DNA from: Bdellovibrionales bacterium RIFOXYD12_FULL_39_22
Lineage (GTDB): Bacteria > Bdellovibrionota > Bacteriovoracia > Bacteriovoracales > Bacteriovoracaceae
Direction of reading: 5' to 3'
DNA: 64,000 bases
NCBI GenBank assembly: GCA_001770205.1
Contig: MEQL01000061.1
Coordinates: 124,001-188,000, forward strand
Below are positions 31,444 to 40,912 of the stretch, one piece after another. The first letter of the stretch is position 1, and every line of letters begins with the position of its first letter. The notes below the pieces were generated by a model. The model was not told the origin of the DNA. It worked only from the letters and a program-made list of their open reading frames with translations, and did no database searches. The position numbers were made by a program, and so were the translations under genes.

Positions 31444-33564
31444 GTGAAAATTATGGCCGCCAAACATTTACAAAAATTTAAATGGGCATCAATTTTACTG
31501 ACGACTCTGCTGATTTTAATATCGCAAGTAGGCGCCCAGGAAATTGTTATCACGATAGAGGGAAATGAAGGTGCAAAGATAGAGCGATCAACGCCGACAT
31601 CTTCTAATACTCGAGTTGCGGAAGGAGCAATAACTCAGAAAGGGTCGTGTGACGCAATAGCGCAAGATCGGGCCATACCGTTTTCGCTTTTGAATATATT
31701 GATGGCCAATAAAAGCAATCAGATTATTAAAAAATTCAATTACCAAACAGAGCGATTAGAGGTGGTTTTTCCACCATATATTGGCGCTTGTCTTGATCCG
31801 GCCGTGAAAACGTTAACTGACGGGAATAATATTTCGCTAGTGGTGGAAAACAAGAACAAAACAGTTGCTGAAACATTGCAATGCTTGGTTCGTGAAAAAG
31901 TTTTAGAAAAAGTAGAAAAAAAGGATGATGCTGCTAAAAATGGAAATAAGGTGGTGTATAATTTTTCCCGAGTTGATCCGGCCAAGTTGGTCCCTGGGAC
32001 CGCGGTAAGTTTTAATATGCGAGCAAGTGGAGGGCAAACAGCTTTGAAAAGAGATGCCGAAATATATTTGGATTATTTTTCTCCGGCCACTGCTTCCTTT
32101 GCGGCAATTAAGACGATGCAAGTTGAAAATTATGGAGGTTGTGGAAGGACGGAATGGATGGAAGATGAGAGAGTGGTTTTTCGTTCGCCCGAACTGCAAG
32201 AACTAGAAGATTATAAAAACACTTGTGAAGAGGGGAATTTAGAGAAAATATTTAAATCGACTATAAAGTTAGAAATTGCTGGTAATGCTGGCGAGCTTGA
32301 TGCTCTTTCGAGAAGAGCAAAAGAGATGCTTTCTGGGGCCTTGGCCTTTCATTTAACAAATCCCAAGGGAGAGATTGCGCAATTGCGTCATAAGCTTGAA
32401 GAAGAATCACGAAAACTTATTCAAGCAGAAAGTGATAGCAAAAAGATTAAGCAACTCGTCCGCGGTTACGAAAAGATAGTAGATGAGTTAGATGAGTATC
32501 TGGTCAAATATGCTTTCAAGAAGATGGAGGATTTGGTCAGTCGCCTAGACGAGGCCGATGATGACGAAAAACTTGAGATAGAAAAAGAGCTAGATACATG
32601 GCGAGATGCCATTAAGGATATTAACTATAAAGAAGTGCAGAAAACGGCACTTTCATTAACCAAAAAAGGCTTTGCAGACAAGGCCAATAAGTTTGCGGAA
32701 TTTGCACTAAAAATTAAGTACTATCCGAAATTAAACGAGGGAAGAAAGGCCCCAGACGCCGAGGCCTTAAACTCCAAAATTAGAAAAGAACTCAAAGTGT
32801 TTGAATCAGAAGGAGCATTCGCAGATGATGCCTTCATTACTTCGGAAGGAGATGAGTCGGCCATCGAGGCGCATGAGCGAAATCTTGTTCAGTTACAAAA
32901 TGAGCGAGTAAAGAAAATTGCACTTTGTGAGAAAAAACTCTCTGGTTGTGAGCAAAAAACATATTTATCCGTTTTTCATACCACCACCTGCTCTTCTAAT
33001 GGACGAAGTAGTGCCAGTGAACTGAATCAATGTCGAAAAAAGGTCGATAAAATTTCCAAACGAATTTTAAAGGAAGTTAAAAAGATTGGTAAACTGGACG
33101 ACATTTATGGAAGATATTTGGAGCGCAAGGAGGAAGAAGAAGGATATGAGGATGAAGATGATGATTACTTCTCTTTGGCCGATATTGACCTTGATTTAGA
33201 TTCTGGAATTAGCGATCGCTCCGATAGGTATTCCTCTCAGCGTTACAACTATGCCGCCGGAAGTGATCCGCGCTCGCAACCAGGTGGTGGTATGGGTAAC
33301 AATAGTTTGATGATGCCACCAACCAATCCGTTTGATTCTCAGTATCAACAAGGTTGGCCTTGGGCCGCTAATGCCGGATATCGCTCGACGGCCGGAAGCT
33401 CTCTTAATAATCCATTTTCTTATGAGTATGGAGCGATGGATCCTTATGCTGGATATCGTTATCCGTCGTCGCAGATGGGCCCACCGAATCCTTATGCTGG
33501 ATATAGTTATCCGCAGTCAGCTACCACGCCTATTTGGTCATCGCCGCAGTACTATGGCCGTTAG
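31444..33564 (+). CDS. Secreted coiled-coil hypothetical protein with Y/S/G/P/Q-rich low-complexity tail
   Basis: 706 aa; signal ending QVGA; long K/E helical region, acidic tract, YAGY-type repeats. Confidence 0.8.
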   Translation: MKIMAAKHLQKFKWASILLTTLLILISQVGAQEIVITIEGNEGAKIERSTPTSSNTRVAEGAITQKGSCDAIAQDRAIPFSLLNILMANKSNQIIKKFNYQTERLEVVFPPYIGACLDPAVKTLTDGNNISLVVENKNKTVAETLQCLVREKVLEKVEKKDDAAKNGNKVVYNFSRVDPAKLVPGTAVSFNMRASGGQTALKRDAEIYLDYFSPATASFAAIKTMQVENYGGCGRTEWMEDERVVFRSPELQELEDYKNTCEEGNLEKIFKSTIKLEIAGNAGELDALSRRAKEMLSGALAFHLTNPKGEIAQLRHKLEEESRKLIQAESDSKKIKQLVRGYEKIVDELDEYLVKYAFKKMEDLVSRLDEADDDEKLEIEKELDTWRDAIKDINYKEVQKTALSLTKKGFADKANKFAEFALKIKYYPKLNEGRKAPDAEALNSKIRKELKVFESEGAFADDAFITSEGDESAIEAHERNLVQLQNERVKKIALCEKKLSGCEQKTYLSVFHTTTCSSNGRSSASELNQCRKKVDKISKRILKEVKKIGKLDDIYGRYLERKEEEEGYEDEDDDYFSLADIDLDLDSGISDRSDRYSSQRYNYAAGSDPRSQPGGGMGNNSLMMPPTNPFDSQYQQGWPWAANAGYRSTAGSSLNNPFSYEYGAMDPYAGYRYPSSQMGPPNPYAGYSYPQSATTPIWSSPQYYGR

Positions 33565-35060
33565 AAACTAATGGTGGTTTTAAATTGGTAGATATAGGAA
33601 TCAGACGCGTCGTTAGGATTATCTGAATTCGTGAAGGCGTAATAATCACCCGCGAAATGGTATCCTAAAATTCCACTTACAGAGATTTCCTTATTCCACT
33701 GATAATCAAATCCTCCATCAACTTCAAAACCAAGTTCGCTATTTTGATTTGCGGTGGCGGCAAACTGCTTATTGGTTAAATGGTTATAAGCGTCGTGGCC
33801 AGTGGAGGCAATTTCGTTAGCAGCAGCATAGATAAACGCCATGTTCCAAAGCCATTTACCAGAAAGATATTTTCCATAAAAGCGAAGATAGTTGGCATTA
33901 GTTATGTAAGAGTCATATAGGCTTTTATTGTCATCAGAGATTGCCATTAAATTATAGCGAAACATTAAATAAGCGATTTGATAATTGGGATTTAGATAGG
34001 TGGCACCATAATTAGAAATTTGCCCGTCTTCTCCCGAAATAGTTCCAGCGTTAAATCCAACAGTCCAGAAATCATTAATAAAATATTTTGATTCAAAAAT
34101 AACAGATCGTGCCTTGTAATTAATATTGCGGCCATCTTGATAGATGTTACCAATCTTTCCGGAAAAGAAAGGAATTTCCACTTCAAAACTAAAATTCCCA
34201 AATCGTTTTTTGAAATAGAGGTCAAAGAGCTTAGTGTCAACAATGCCCACGCTCGTGGCCCCCATTCCCCCGACATCAGTTTGGATTAGTTGGTTTTGAG
34301 TGCCACTATCTTTTTTACTGTACAGTACTCCGAAGCCATAGGCCCGCTCGGTGTTATCATATAACATGGAAATCCCATGTTCTTCTACTTTGTGTGTTCG
34401 CGTCTGACTTCCGATAGATCCCAATTTGGCCCAGTATGGTGCCAAGGTAAAATTTCCCAGCTTGTAGCTAACAGAAATACCATCTCTAGTAGAAGAAAAA
34501 TGATCGTTTGCGCCCTTGCCATCACTTACAACGGCCCCCAAGGCCCATCCTGCAGAATGTCGGCCAATTTGATAGGTACCAACATCGGAGTATAGTTCCA
34601 TGTAAAACTTGGCAAACGCCAAAGATGCCACACCAGTATCAGAGGTATTGAAAGCGTAAAGAGCAGAACCCATTCCGGACTCACGTGAAGAAGTAGAGTT
34701 GTCGCCAAAGCGTCCGCCTCGCGCATATCCGTTGGTGATTTCTGCAAAAACAGAGGCCGCATCGTTGATTACGATGTTTGGTTCTAGGCGAAAGATATAG
34801 TTTTGAAAAGAAGCATTATCTCCTGCGCCATTGGTAATATAGATTTCCTGCGAGCCTGGATCAATAGGAGAGGTAGAATTGGTTGACTGAACTGTTTTGC
34901 GGTAATTGAGGATATTGGTGGTGTCAACCGAAAGTGCTCCATGCCAGTCGACGGGTATGGCCCAAAGAGGGGCGGTGACGGCAAGCAAAAGGTTGGCAAA
35001 AAAGGCCTTTTTAAATAGTTGAGCGCTAGTGTTGTTACGATCCACAAATTTCTCCTTCAA
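33561..35060 (-). CDS. Outer-membrane beta-barrel protein (porin-like)
   Basis: Signal ending PLWA; alternating aromatic/Gly strands; LGFEVD strand; ends YQFKTTISF. Confidence 0.8.
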   Translation of the reverse strand: MKEKFVDRNNTSAQLFKKAFFANLLLAVTAPLWAIPVDWHGALSVDTTNILNYRKTVQSTNSTSPIDPGSQEIYITNGAGDNASFQNYIFRLEPNIVINDAASVFAEITNGYARGGRFGDNSTSSRESGMGSALYAFNTSDTGVASLAFAKFYMELYSDVGTYQIGRHSAGWALGAVVSDGKGANDHFSSTRDGISVSYKLGNFTLAPYWAKLGSIGSQTRTHKVEEHGISMLYDNTERAYGFGVLYSKKDSGTQNQLIQTDVGGMGATSVGIVDTKLFDLYFKKRFGNFSFEVEIPFFSGKIGNIYQDGRNINYKARSVIFESKYFINDFWTVGFNAGTISGEDGQISNYGATYLNPNYQIAYLMFRYNLMAISDDNKSLYDSYITNANYLRFYGKYLSGKWLWNMAFIYAAANEIASTGHDAYNHLTNKQFAATANQNSELGFEVDGGFDYQWNKEISVSGILGYHFAGDYYAFTNSDNPNDASDSYIYQFKTTISF

Positions 35061-35146
35061 ATGAAATATACTAATTTCAAATAATGTAGAATGATATATT
35101 ATTAATTATCAAGCTGAAAAGCTAATTGACATAGTTAAGTTACCAA

Positions 35147-37117
35147 ATGTTGCAAAAAAAGAGAATTTTTAAAATTGTTGTTTATTTAACCTTTTTTTCT
35201 GGCCTGTTTATGACAGTGCTTTTGGCAATTCTTTTTGCAGATATTCCTTTCGGACGACTTGATGAATATTTAGAGGCGCAGGAAGATCGTTTTATTACCG
35301 CAAGCGGGCCGACGCTGGAACGGGATTCTATAATTTTAAAGGAACATCTAACGTCTTATCTTCTTTTTTCTGATTCCAATATTGATTTACGCAGTTGGTA
35401 TCAAGAGCGATTGGAAAAAAAAGAGTTGGCACCTTTTTCAGAGGAGAAAGGAGGGAGTGTTTTGTTGGTGGGAGAGGATATTGCGCTTAAACCACCGTAT
35501 AAAAATAATTGTGATAAGCTCTATTGTTTTCAAAAACGGATCAAGTTTGACTATATTCCAGCGCTTTTTTGGAAGGGATTAATGGGAATTGAGGATTATC
35601 GTTTTTTGGATCACATTGGAGTTGATTTTAAATCCATCTTGCGTGCAATAGTAAAAGATCTCTACGAGATGCGTCTAGCACAAGGGGCCTCCACCTTGAC
35701 CCAGCAATTGGTACGAAATCTTTTTTTATCCAATGAGAAATCTTTTGTGCGCAAAATCAAGGAGGTTTTTTTCTCCATCTATATTGATTGGCGTTTTTCT
35801 AAGGAGCAGATTCTCGAAGCATATTTTAATGAAGCCTATTGGGGAGTGCAGCAGGGAATTTTATTGCGAGGAATATATGCTGCCTCCGTTTTTTATTTTG
35901 GCCGCCCTCCTCAATACATATCTTCTTATGAAGTGGCCATTTTAATTTCCATGCTGAAAGGGCCTAATTACTACGATCCAAAAAGCGAGAAGGGTTTTGT
36001 TCGCTTGCAGGAGAGGGCAAAAGTGGTATTTAAAAGATTAGAACAAATGCACTTATTTCCTTCGGAAGAAGGAGGTATTTGGAGTGAAAAAGAGTGGAAT
36101 AGTTGGGGAAAAAAAATAGTTGCTAACGATGATCGTCGTCCCTTATCAGCGTTGTGGCAAATAACATCTGCCGAATATGAGCATCTTAATAGTTTTGAGG
36201 CCTATGTTTTTGTTGATGCGGCCAAGGTTACTCTTCGCCGTGCACTGGAGAGAATAAAAAAAGAGGCCACGCATGATATTTCGGTAAAGGCCATTGTTGG
36301 CAAGGTGGCACGAGAGGATGTGTCGGGTGGCGAAAAAATAGAAAATGAGCGGCCTTTTATTTATTACTCAAAGGAAGAGCGAGATAAGTTTCTGGCCATT
36401 TTTCAAGAACCGCATCAAGTAGGCAGTACTTTGAAACCAGTCGTATATGATGTTTTTTTACAACATGGTAAAAAATTTTCTGACCTGGTTTCAATGGGGG
36501 AAATTACGTTAAAACTAAAGTCCGGAAGTTGGTCGCCTCGAGAGGCACATGAAGCAGAAATGCCAGAAGTCACTTTAAAAGAAGCGCTACTTAATTCCTA
36601 TAATCGCCCGGTTATAACACTTGCTCAGGAAATTGGTTTTGAAAACGTTCAAAAAATACTTATTAATTATGTTCCTTCCCTAAGCTTGCCACTGGCAGAA
36701 TTTCCTGCACAACTACTGGGAGCAGTAGAGTTATCAGTCGGGGATGTTTTTAAAATGTATTCTAAGTTTGTCAGTGAAAAATGCATAGAACGAGGGGAGG
36801 TGTTTAGTGAGGCGGAGGGTGAGGAAGAATCGGTTTTAAAAATTCTTTCCGATCCAACCCTTTCAACCACGCGACGTGTAGTGGATGGGCCTATGCGCGA
36901 CATGCGTTTTTTTGGTAAGACCGGTACCTCGAATAATGGAAATGATAATTGGTATATCTTTTTTGATGGAAAAAATCTCGGAGTAATTTGGGTGGGTGTT
37001 GATGGTGCTAAGAGCAGTGAGGATTTAAAGTTATTCGGCTCCAGTACCGCCTTTTCTATCTTTCAACAATTTTCCACTAATCGAGGAAAGCGCTTCGAAG
37101 AGATGGCCTGTCAATAA
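35147..37117 (+). CDS. Class A penicillin-binding protein (GT51 transglycosylase plus transpeptidase)
   Basis: IEDYRF..H.GVD, QGASTLTQQLVRN, RKIKE, KEQILEAY.N; STLK (SxxK), SYN (SxN), KTGT; N-terminal TM. Confidence 0.9.
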   Translation: MLQKKRIFKIVVYLTFFSGLFMTVLLAILFADIPFGRLDEYLEAQEDRFITASGPTLERDSIILKEHLTSYLLFSDSNIDLRSWYQERLEKKELAPFSEEKGGSVLLVGEDIALKPPYKNNCDKLYCFQKRIKFDYIPALFWKGLMGIEDYRFLDHIGVDFKSILRAIVKDLYEMRLAQGASTLTQQLVRNLFLSNEKSFVRKIKEVFFSIYIDWRFSKEQILEAYFNEAYWGVQQGILLRGIYAASVFYFGRPPQYISSYEVAILISMLKGPNYYDPKSEKGFVRLQERAKVVFKRLEQMHLFPSEEGGIWSEKEWNSWGKKIVANDDRRPLSALWQITSAEYEHLNSFEAYVFVDAAKVTLRRALERIKKEATHDISVKAIVGKVAREDVSGGEKIENERPFIYYSKEERDKFLAIFQEPHQVGSTLKPVVYDVFLQHGKKFSDLVSMGEITLKLKSGSWSPREAHEAEMPEVTLKEALLNSYNRPVITLAQEIGFENVQKILINYVPSLSLPLAEFPAQLLGAVELSVGDVFKMYSKFVSEKCIERGEVFSEAEGEEESVLKILSDPTLSTTRRVVDGPMRDMRFFGKTGTSNNGNDNWYIFFDGKNLGVIWVGVDGAKSSEDLKLFGSSTAFSIFQQFSTNRGKRFEEMACQ

Positions 37118-37138
37118 AGAAGAAGATAAAAAATCGGG

Positions 37139-37167
37139 TTGCCTTTAAATGCAATGGATAGTATATT
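37139..37167 (+). promoter_or_regulatory. Candidate sigma70 promoter for tRNA-Gln/prs
   Basis: TTGCCT-N17-TATATT, 25 bp upstream of the tRNA. Confidence 0.5.
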
Positions 37168-37192
37168 CGAACCAAGCAAATCATAAAAGTAC

Positions 37193-37268
37193 TGGGGTGT
37201 CGACAAGTGGCTAAGTCAGCAGATTTTGATTCTGCCATTCGAAGGTTCGAGTCCTTCCTCCCCAGCCA
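37193..37268 (+). tRNA. tRNA-Gln(TTG)
   Basis: 76-nt cloverleaf: acceptor TGGGGTG/CTCCCCA, D stem GAC/GTC, anticodon stem GCAGA/TCTGC with loop TTTTGAT, T arm GAAGG-TTCGAGT-CCTTC, encoded CCA. Confidence 0.96.
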
Positions 37269-37328
37269 GTTTTTTGAACTCATTGCTCGATTCAAGTAAC
37301 TTCATTATATGCAATCAGGTGGTGGCCA

Positions 37329-38285
37329 ATGGATAAAATAGTTTTGGTTTCTGGCACATCAAATTTAAAACTTGCCCAGCGAATTTCCGAAAATTTGGAT
37401 CTTCCTCTGGTTGATCCTCAACTGGTTCGTTTTGCCAATGGGGAAATTTTTTGTGAGATTGCCTCAACCGTTCGCGGGGCCCATGTTTTTGTTATTCAAT
37501 CTACTAGTTCACCGGTCAATGATACCTTGATGGAACTATTAATAATGATCGATGCCCTAAAGCGTGCTTCGGCCAGCTCAATTACGGCGGTAATGCCTCA
37601 TTATGGCTATTCTCGCCAAGATCGCAAGGCCACCTCTCGCTCACCCATCTCCGCAAAATTAGTAGCAGATATTTTAACAGTAGCAGGCGCAAAAAGAGTT
37701 ATGACAATGGATTTGCATGCGGGACAAATCCAGGGTTTTTTTGATATTCCTTTTGATAACATCTATGCGTCTCCGGTTTTTTTCAAATATATGAGCGAAT
37801 GTCTTTTTACTGATAAAACAGTTTGTATCTCTCCTGACAGTGGTGGCGTAGAACGAGTTCGTCACTACGCAAAAAAACTCAATTGTGATCTGGGCATGAT
37901 TGATAAACGGCGTGTGGCCAAAAATGTTGCTAAGGCCATGAACATTGTGGGAGATGTACAAGATAAAGAGTGTATTATTATTGATGATATTGTGGATACT
38001 GCCGGGACACTAATAGAGGCCTGTCGCGCTCTTAAAGACAAAGGGGCAAAAAAAGTTTATGCCTGTGCTACCCATCCGGTACTCTCCTCTCCCGCATTGG
38101 ATAGAATTGAAAGTTGTGCAGAATTGGATCGCTTGGTTGTGACCGACACCATACCACTTAGTGCACGCGCTCAAACTATTTCTAAAATAGTAGTGCTATC
38201 CACGGCAGAAATATTTGCAGATGCCATTCAACGAACATTTAAAAATATATCTCTAAGCCCCCTCTTTATTGAGTCACAAAAATAA
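37329..38285 (+). CDS. prs: Ribose-phosphate pyrophosphokinase
   Basis: FANGE, YSRQDRK, DLHAGQIQGFF, SPDSGG, IIDDIVDTAGT. Confidence 0.97.
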   Translation: MDKIVLVSGTSNLKLAQRISENLDLPLVDPQLVRFANGEIFCEIASTVRGAHVFVIQSTSSPVNDTLMELLIMIDALKRASASSITAVMPHYGYSRQDRKATSRSPISAKLVADILTVAGAKRVMTMDLHAGQIQGFFDIPFDNIYASPVFFKYMSECLFTDKTVCISPDSGGVERVRHYAKKLNCDLGMIDKRRVAKNVAKAMNIVGDVQDKECIIIDDIVDTAGTLIEACRALKDKGAKKVYACATHPVLSSPALDRIESCAELDRLVVTDTIPLSARAQTISKIVVLSTAEIFADAIQRTFKNISLSPLFIESQK

Positions 38286-38869
38286 TGGGCCGCTTAGTTG
38301 TTGGCCTGGGAAATCCTGGCGCAGAATATGATGAAACTCGCCACAACATTGGTTGGGCCGTTTTAGATTCTCTCTCTTTTGCGGATAAGTTAAATTGGCG
38401 GGATAAATTTAAAGGACTATACGCCGAATATGCCATGGGAGATGAAAAAATATACTTTCTCAAACCGATGACCTACATGAATCTGAGTGGACAGAGCGTC
38501 TTGGCATTATCTTCCTTTTTCAAAGTTGCCGTGGCCGATATCTTGGTGGTGCATGATGAAGTAGATCTTCCCTTCGGAACAATTGCTTTGAAAAGAGGAG
38601 GTGGGTTGGCCGGCCATAATGGCCTAAAGTCAATCGCACAACTTTTAGGGAGTCAAGATTTTCTTCGGTTACGAATGGGAGTTGGCCGGCCAATTTATGG
38701 AAGTATGAGTGGCTGGGTTTTAAGTAAGTTTACAAAGGAAGAAGAGGTGGTTTTGTCTGCCATGTTGGAGGGGACTGCCAAGGCCATTAATATTTTTTTA
38801 GAGAAGGGTTTTGATCATGCTGCCTCGGCCTATAGCAAGAAAAATTTTGTAATTACGCCAGAGAAGTGA
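38285..38869 (+). CDS. pth: Peptidyl-tRNA hydrolase
   Basis: VGLGNPG..Y..TRHNIG, KPMTYMNLSG, HDEVD, GHNGLKS. Confidence 0.97.
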   Translation: MGRLVVGLGNPGAEYDETRHNIGWAVLDSLSFADKLNWRDKFKGLYAEYAMGDEKIYFLKPMTYMNLSGQSVLALSSFFKVAVADILVVHDEVDLPFGTIALKRGGGLAGHNGLKSIAQLLGSQDFLRLRMGVGRPIYGSMSGWVLSKFTKEEEVVLSAMLEGTAKAINIFLEKGFDHAASAYSKKNFVITPEK

Positions 38870-38896
38870 TATTGAGCAAATCAAAGTGAGGTTATA

Positions 38897-40006
38897 ATGG
38901 GTGTTAATTGTGGAATAGTTGGTTTGCCAAATGTTGGTAAGTCGACAATTTTTTCGGCCATGACTGCGGCGCCGGCCGAGGTGGCAAATTATCCTTTCTG
39001 CACTATTGAGCCTAATGTGGGAGTAGTTACGGTAAAAGATGATCGTCTGATGCGAATATCTTCTTTAATTAGGCCTAAAAAATTAATTCCGGCGGTGGTT
39101 GAATTTGTAGATATTGCCGGATTAGTAAAAGGGGCCTCCAAAGGCGAAGGATTGGGCAATCAATTTTTAGGCCATATTCGGCAGGTAGATGCCATCGCTC
39201 ATATAGTACGTTGTTTTGAAGATAACGACATAACTCATGTTGCCGGCAGAATTAATCCTGCTGATGACATCAGTACTATCAATTTAGAGCTGGCCTTGGC
39301 AGATTTAGAGGTTGTGGAGCGAAGATTTGATAACGTAAGTAAATCGCTTAAAGCGATAAAAAAAGATGCCGCCAGTTCTGCGCGTTCGGCCCTTCCTGTT
39401 TTGGAAAAAATTAAAAAAATGTTGGGAGAGGGCCGGCCAGTAAGATTGGCCGGGTTGAGTGAAGAAGAGATGGCCTTGATTGCTGATATGCATCTTATCA
39501 CTGCGAAAAAAGTTATCTATGTTTGTAATGTGGATGAACATGGATTAACAAAAAATAATGAACATGTGCAGGCGGTGATGAAAATTGCGCAGGAAGAACA
39601 GGCAGAAGTGATTCTTCTTTGTGGAAAATTGGAAGCAGAAATATCTTTGCTAGAAACTGAAGAGGAAAAGCAGGAATTTTTGATGGCCGCCAACATAAAG
39701 CAATCGGGCCTCGAGCAGCTAATTGTAAAGGCCTATGAAATTTTAGGCCTTAAAACCTACTTTACGGCCGGAGAGAAAGAAGTTCGGGCCTGGACTTTTC
39801 ATGAGGGCGCCAAGGCCCCACAGGCCGCCGGTATAATTCATTCTGACTTTGAGCGTGGTTTTATTCGCGCAGAAGTTTATCACTGCGAAGATTTATTTTC
39901 TCTTGGTTCTGAAGCGAAAGTAAAAGAAAATGGAAAATTTAGAATTGAAGGAAAAGAGTATGTGGTGCGAGATGGCGACATAATGCACTTTCGTTTTAAC
40001 GTCTAA
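38897..40006 (+). CDS. ychF: Ribosome-binding ATPase YchF
   Basis: GLPNVGKS, ANYPFCTIEPN, DIAGLVKGASKGEGLGNQFL, TGS domain ending FRFNV. Confidence 0.98.
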   Translation: MGVNCGIVGLPNVGKSTIFSAMTAAPAEVANYPFCTIEPNVGVVTVKDDRLMRISSLIRPKKLIPAVVEFVDIAGLVKGASKGEGLGNQFLGHIRQVDAIAHIVRCFEDNDITHVAGRINPADDISTINLELALADLEVVERRFDNVSKSLKAIKKDAASSARSALPVLEKIKKMLGEGRPVRLAGLSEEEMALIADMHLITAKKVIYVCNVDEHGLTKNNEHVQAVMKIAQEEQAEVILLCGKLEAEISLLETEEEKQEFLMAANIKQSGLEQLIVKAYEILGLKTYFTAGEKEVRAWTFHEGAKAPQAAGIIHSDFERGFIRAEVYHCEDLFSLGSEAKVKENGKFRIEGKEYVVRDGDIMHFRFNV

Positions 40007-40008
40007 TC

Positions 40009-40860
40009 TTAATTTTTTCTCACATCACCCTTGGTGGCCGCAGGACGAGAAGGCCGAAAAGGTTTCCATATTTTCTTGGCATAATATTTTTCATCTTTTG
40101 TGGAGTAGAGATAGGGATTACCATCATAATCCTTTTTTGCACACAGCTTCGGATTTTTTTTCGAGTTATCAAAGATATTTGAGGCACCATTTAAGCAGAC
40201 CAAATCTATTTCTGCGGTGATGGCATACAATGATTGGTATAGTCGTTCCTTAATGTTGCTGTCTGGCGGGGCCTGCGCATAGGCCGTTTGCGCCATTTCT
40301 TTGGCAAAAGAGAGATCTCCGCGCTGGGCAATTAGTTTGGCAACAAGAGAGGGAATGTAGGTAGCATGGTTGCGCGCCCACGAAGTGTTAGCAATTTTAT
40401 TAAAATGAAATGTTGCGCGGTTTATATCCTCTAACTCAAAAAAATAGTGATAACCCATATTAAAATTCAAAATTATATCATCCGGAAAAAAACGATATCC
40501 TCGGCGGTAAAGATCCCCGGCCCCCCAGTCATCATCTTTCACAATCGATAAATATTGGCCTCCAACTAAGTAGTTTTCATAAAACCACGGATCGATAATA
40601 GCGATTGATTTAAAGCGCAAATACATCCAAGAATTGAGATCCTTTTGCTTGTAATGATCTAAATCAGAATCAAGCAAAGTTTTAACCCACAATACACTAG
40701 AAAGCATTCGCTTGTTCCCCAAATGGAAGAAAGAAAAGATATTATCATCGATGTTGGTTGCCGCCTCCTGCATAGAAATAGTGATTGCCGGTCGCGGATA
40801 GTTTATATTCAGTTGATAGGCAAAGAAAAGAGAAGCAATTATCACAAACAGATGCAACAT
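40009..40860 (-). CDS. PilG/XapA-like membrane-anchored TPR-like pilus accessory protein
   Basis: N-terminal TM; pattern W...(L/I)DP.F...Y..GG..L...G...FP.D....F..G..YF.EL.D...A...Y...L.A.L recalled for myxobacterial PilG-type proteins; adjacent to ABC/pilD. Start 40860 or 40890 preferred over 41010. Confidence 0.55.
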   Translation of the reverse strand: MLHLFVIIASLFFAYQLNINYPRPAITISMQEAATNIDDNIFSFFHLGNKRMLSSVLWVKTLLDSDLDHYKQKDLNSWMYLRFKSIAIIDPWFYENYLVGGQYLSIVKDDDWGAGDLYRRGYRFFPDDIILNFNMGYHYFFELEDINRATFHFNKIANTSWARNHATYIPSLVAKLIAQRGDLSFAKEMAQTAYAQAPPDSNIKERLYQSLYAITAEIDLVCLNGASNIFDNSKKNPKLCAKKDYDGNPYLYSTKDEKYYAKKIWKPFRPSRPAATKGDVRKN

Positions 40861-40912
40861 GCTCTTGATGTTATAGAAATGTATAGGCATAGTAAATAGT
40901 GAGATATTTTCC

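Noticed and set aside
37193..37268. tRNA as an integration site for a genomic island
   Set aside because: Flanked by core genes; no duplicated tRNA 3' end seen in the window.
37077..37295. 72-aa minus-strand ORF (WLGRKDSNLRMAESKS)
   Set aside because: Typical spurious translation antisense to a tRNA.
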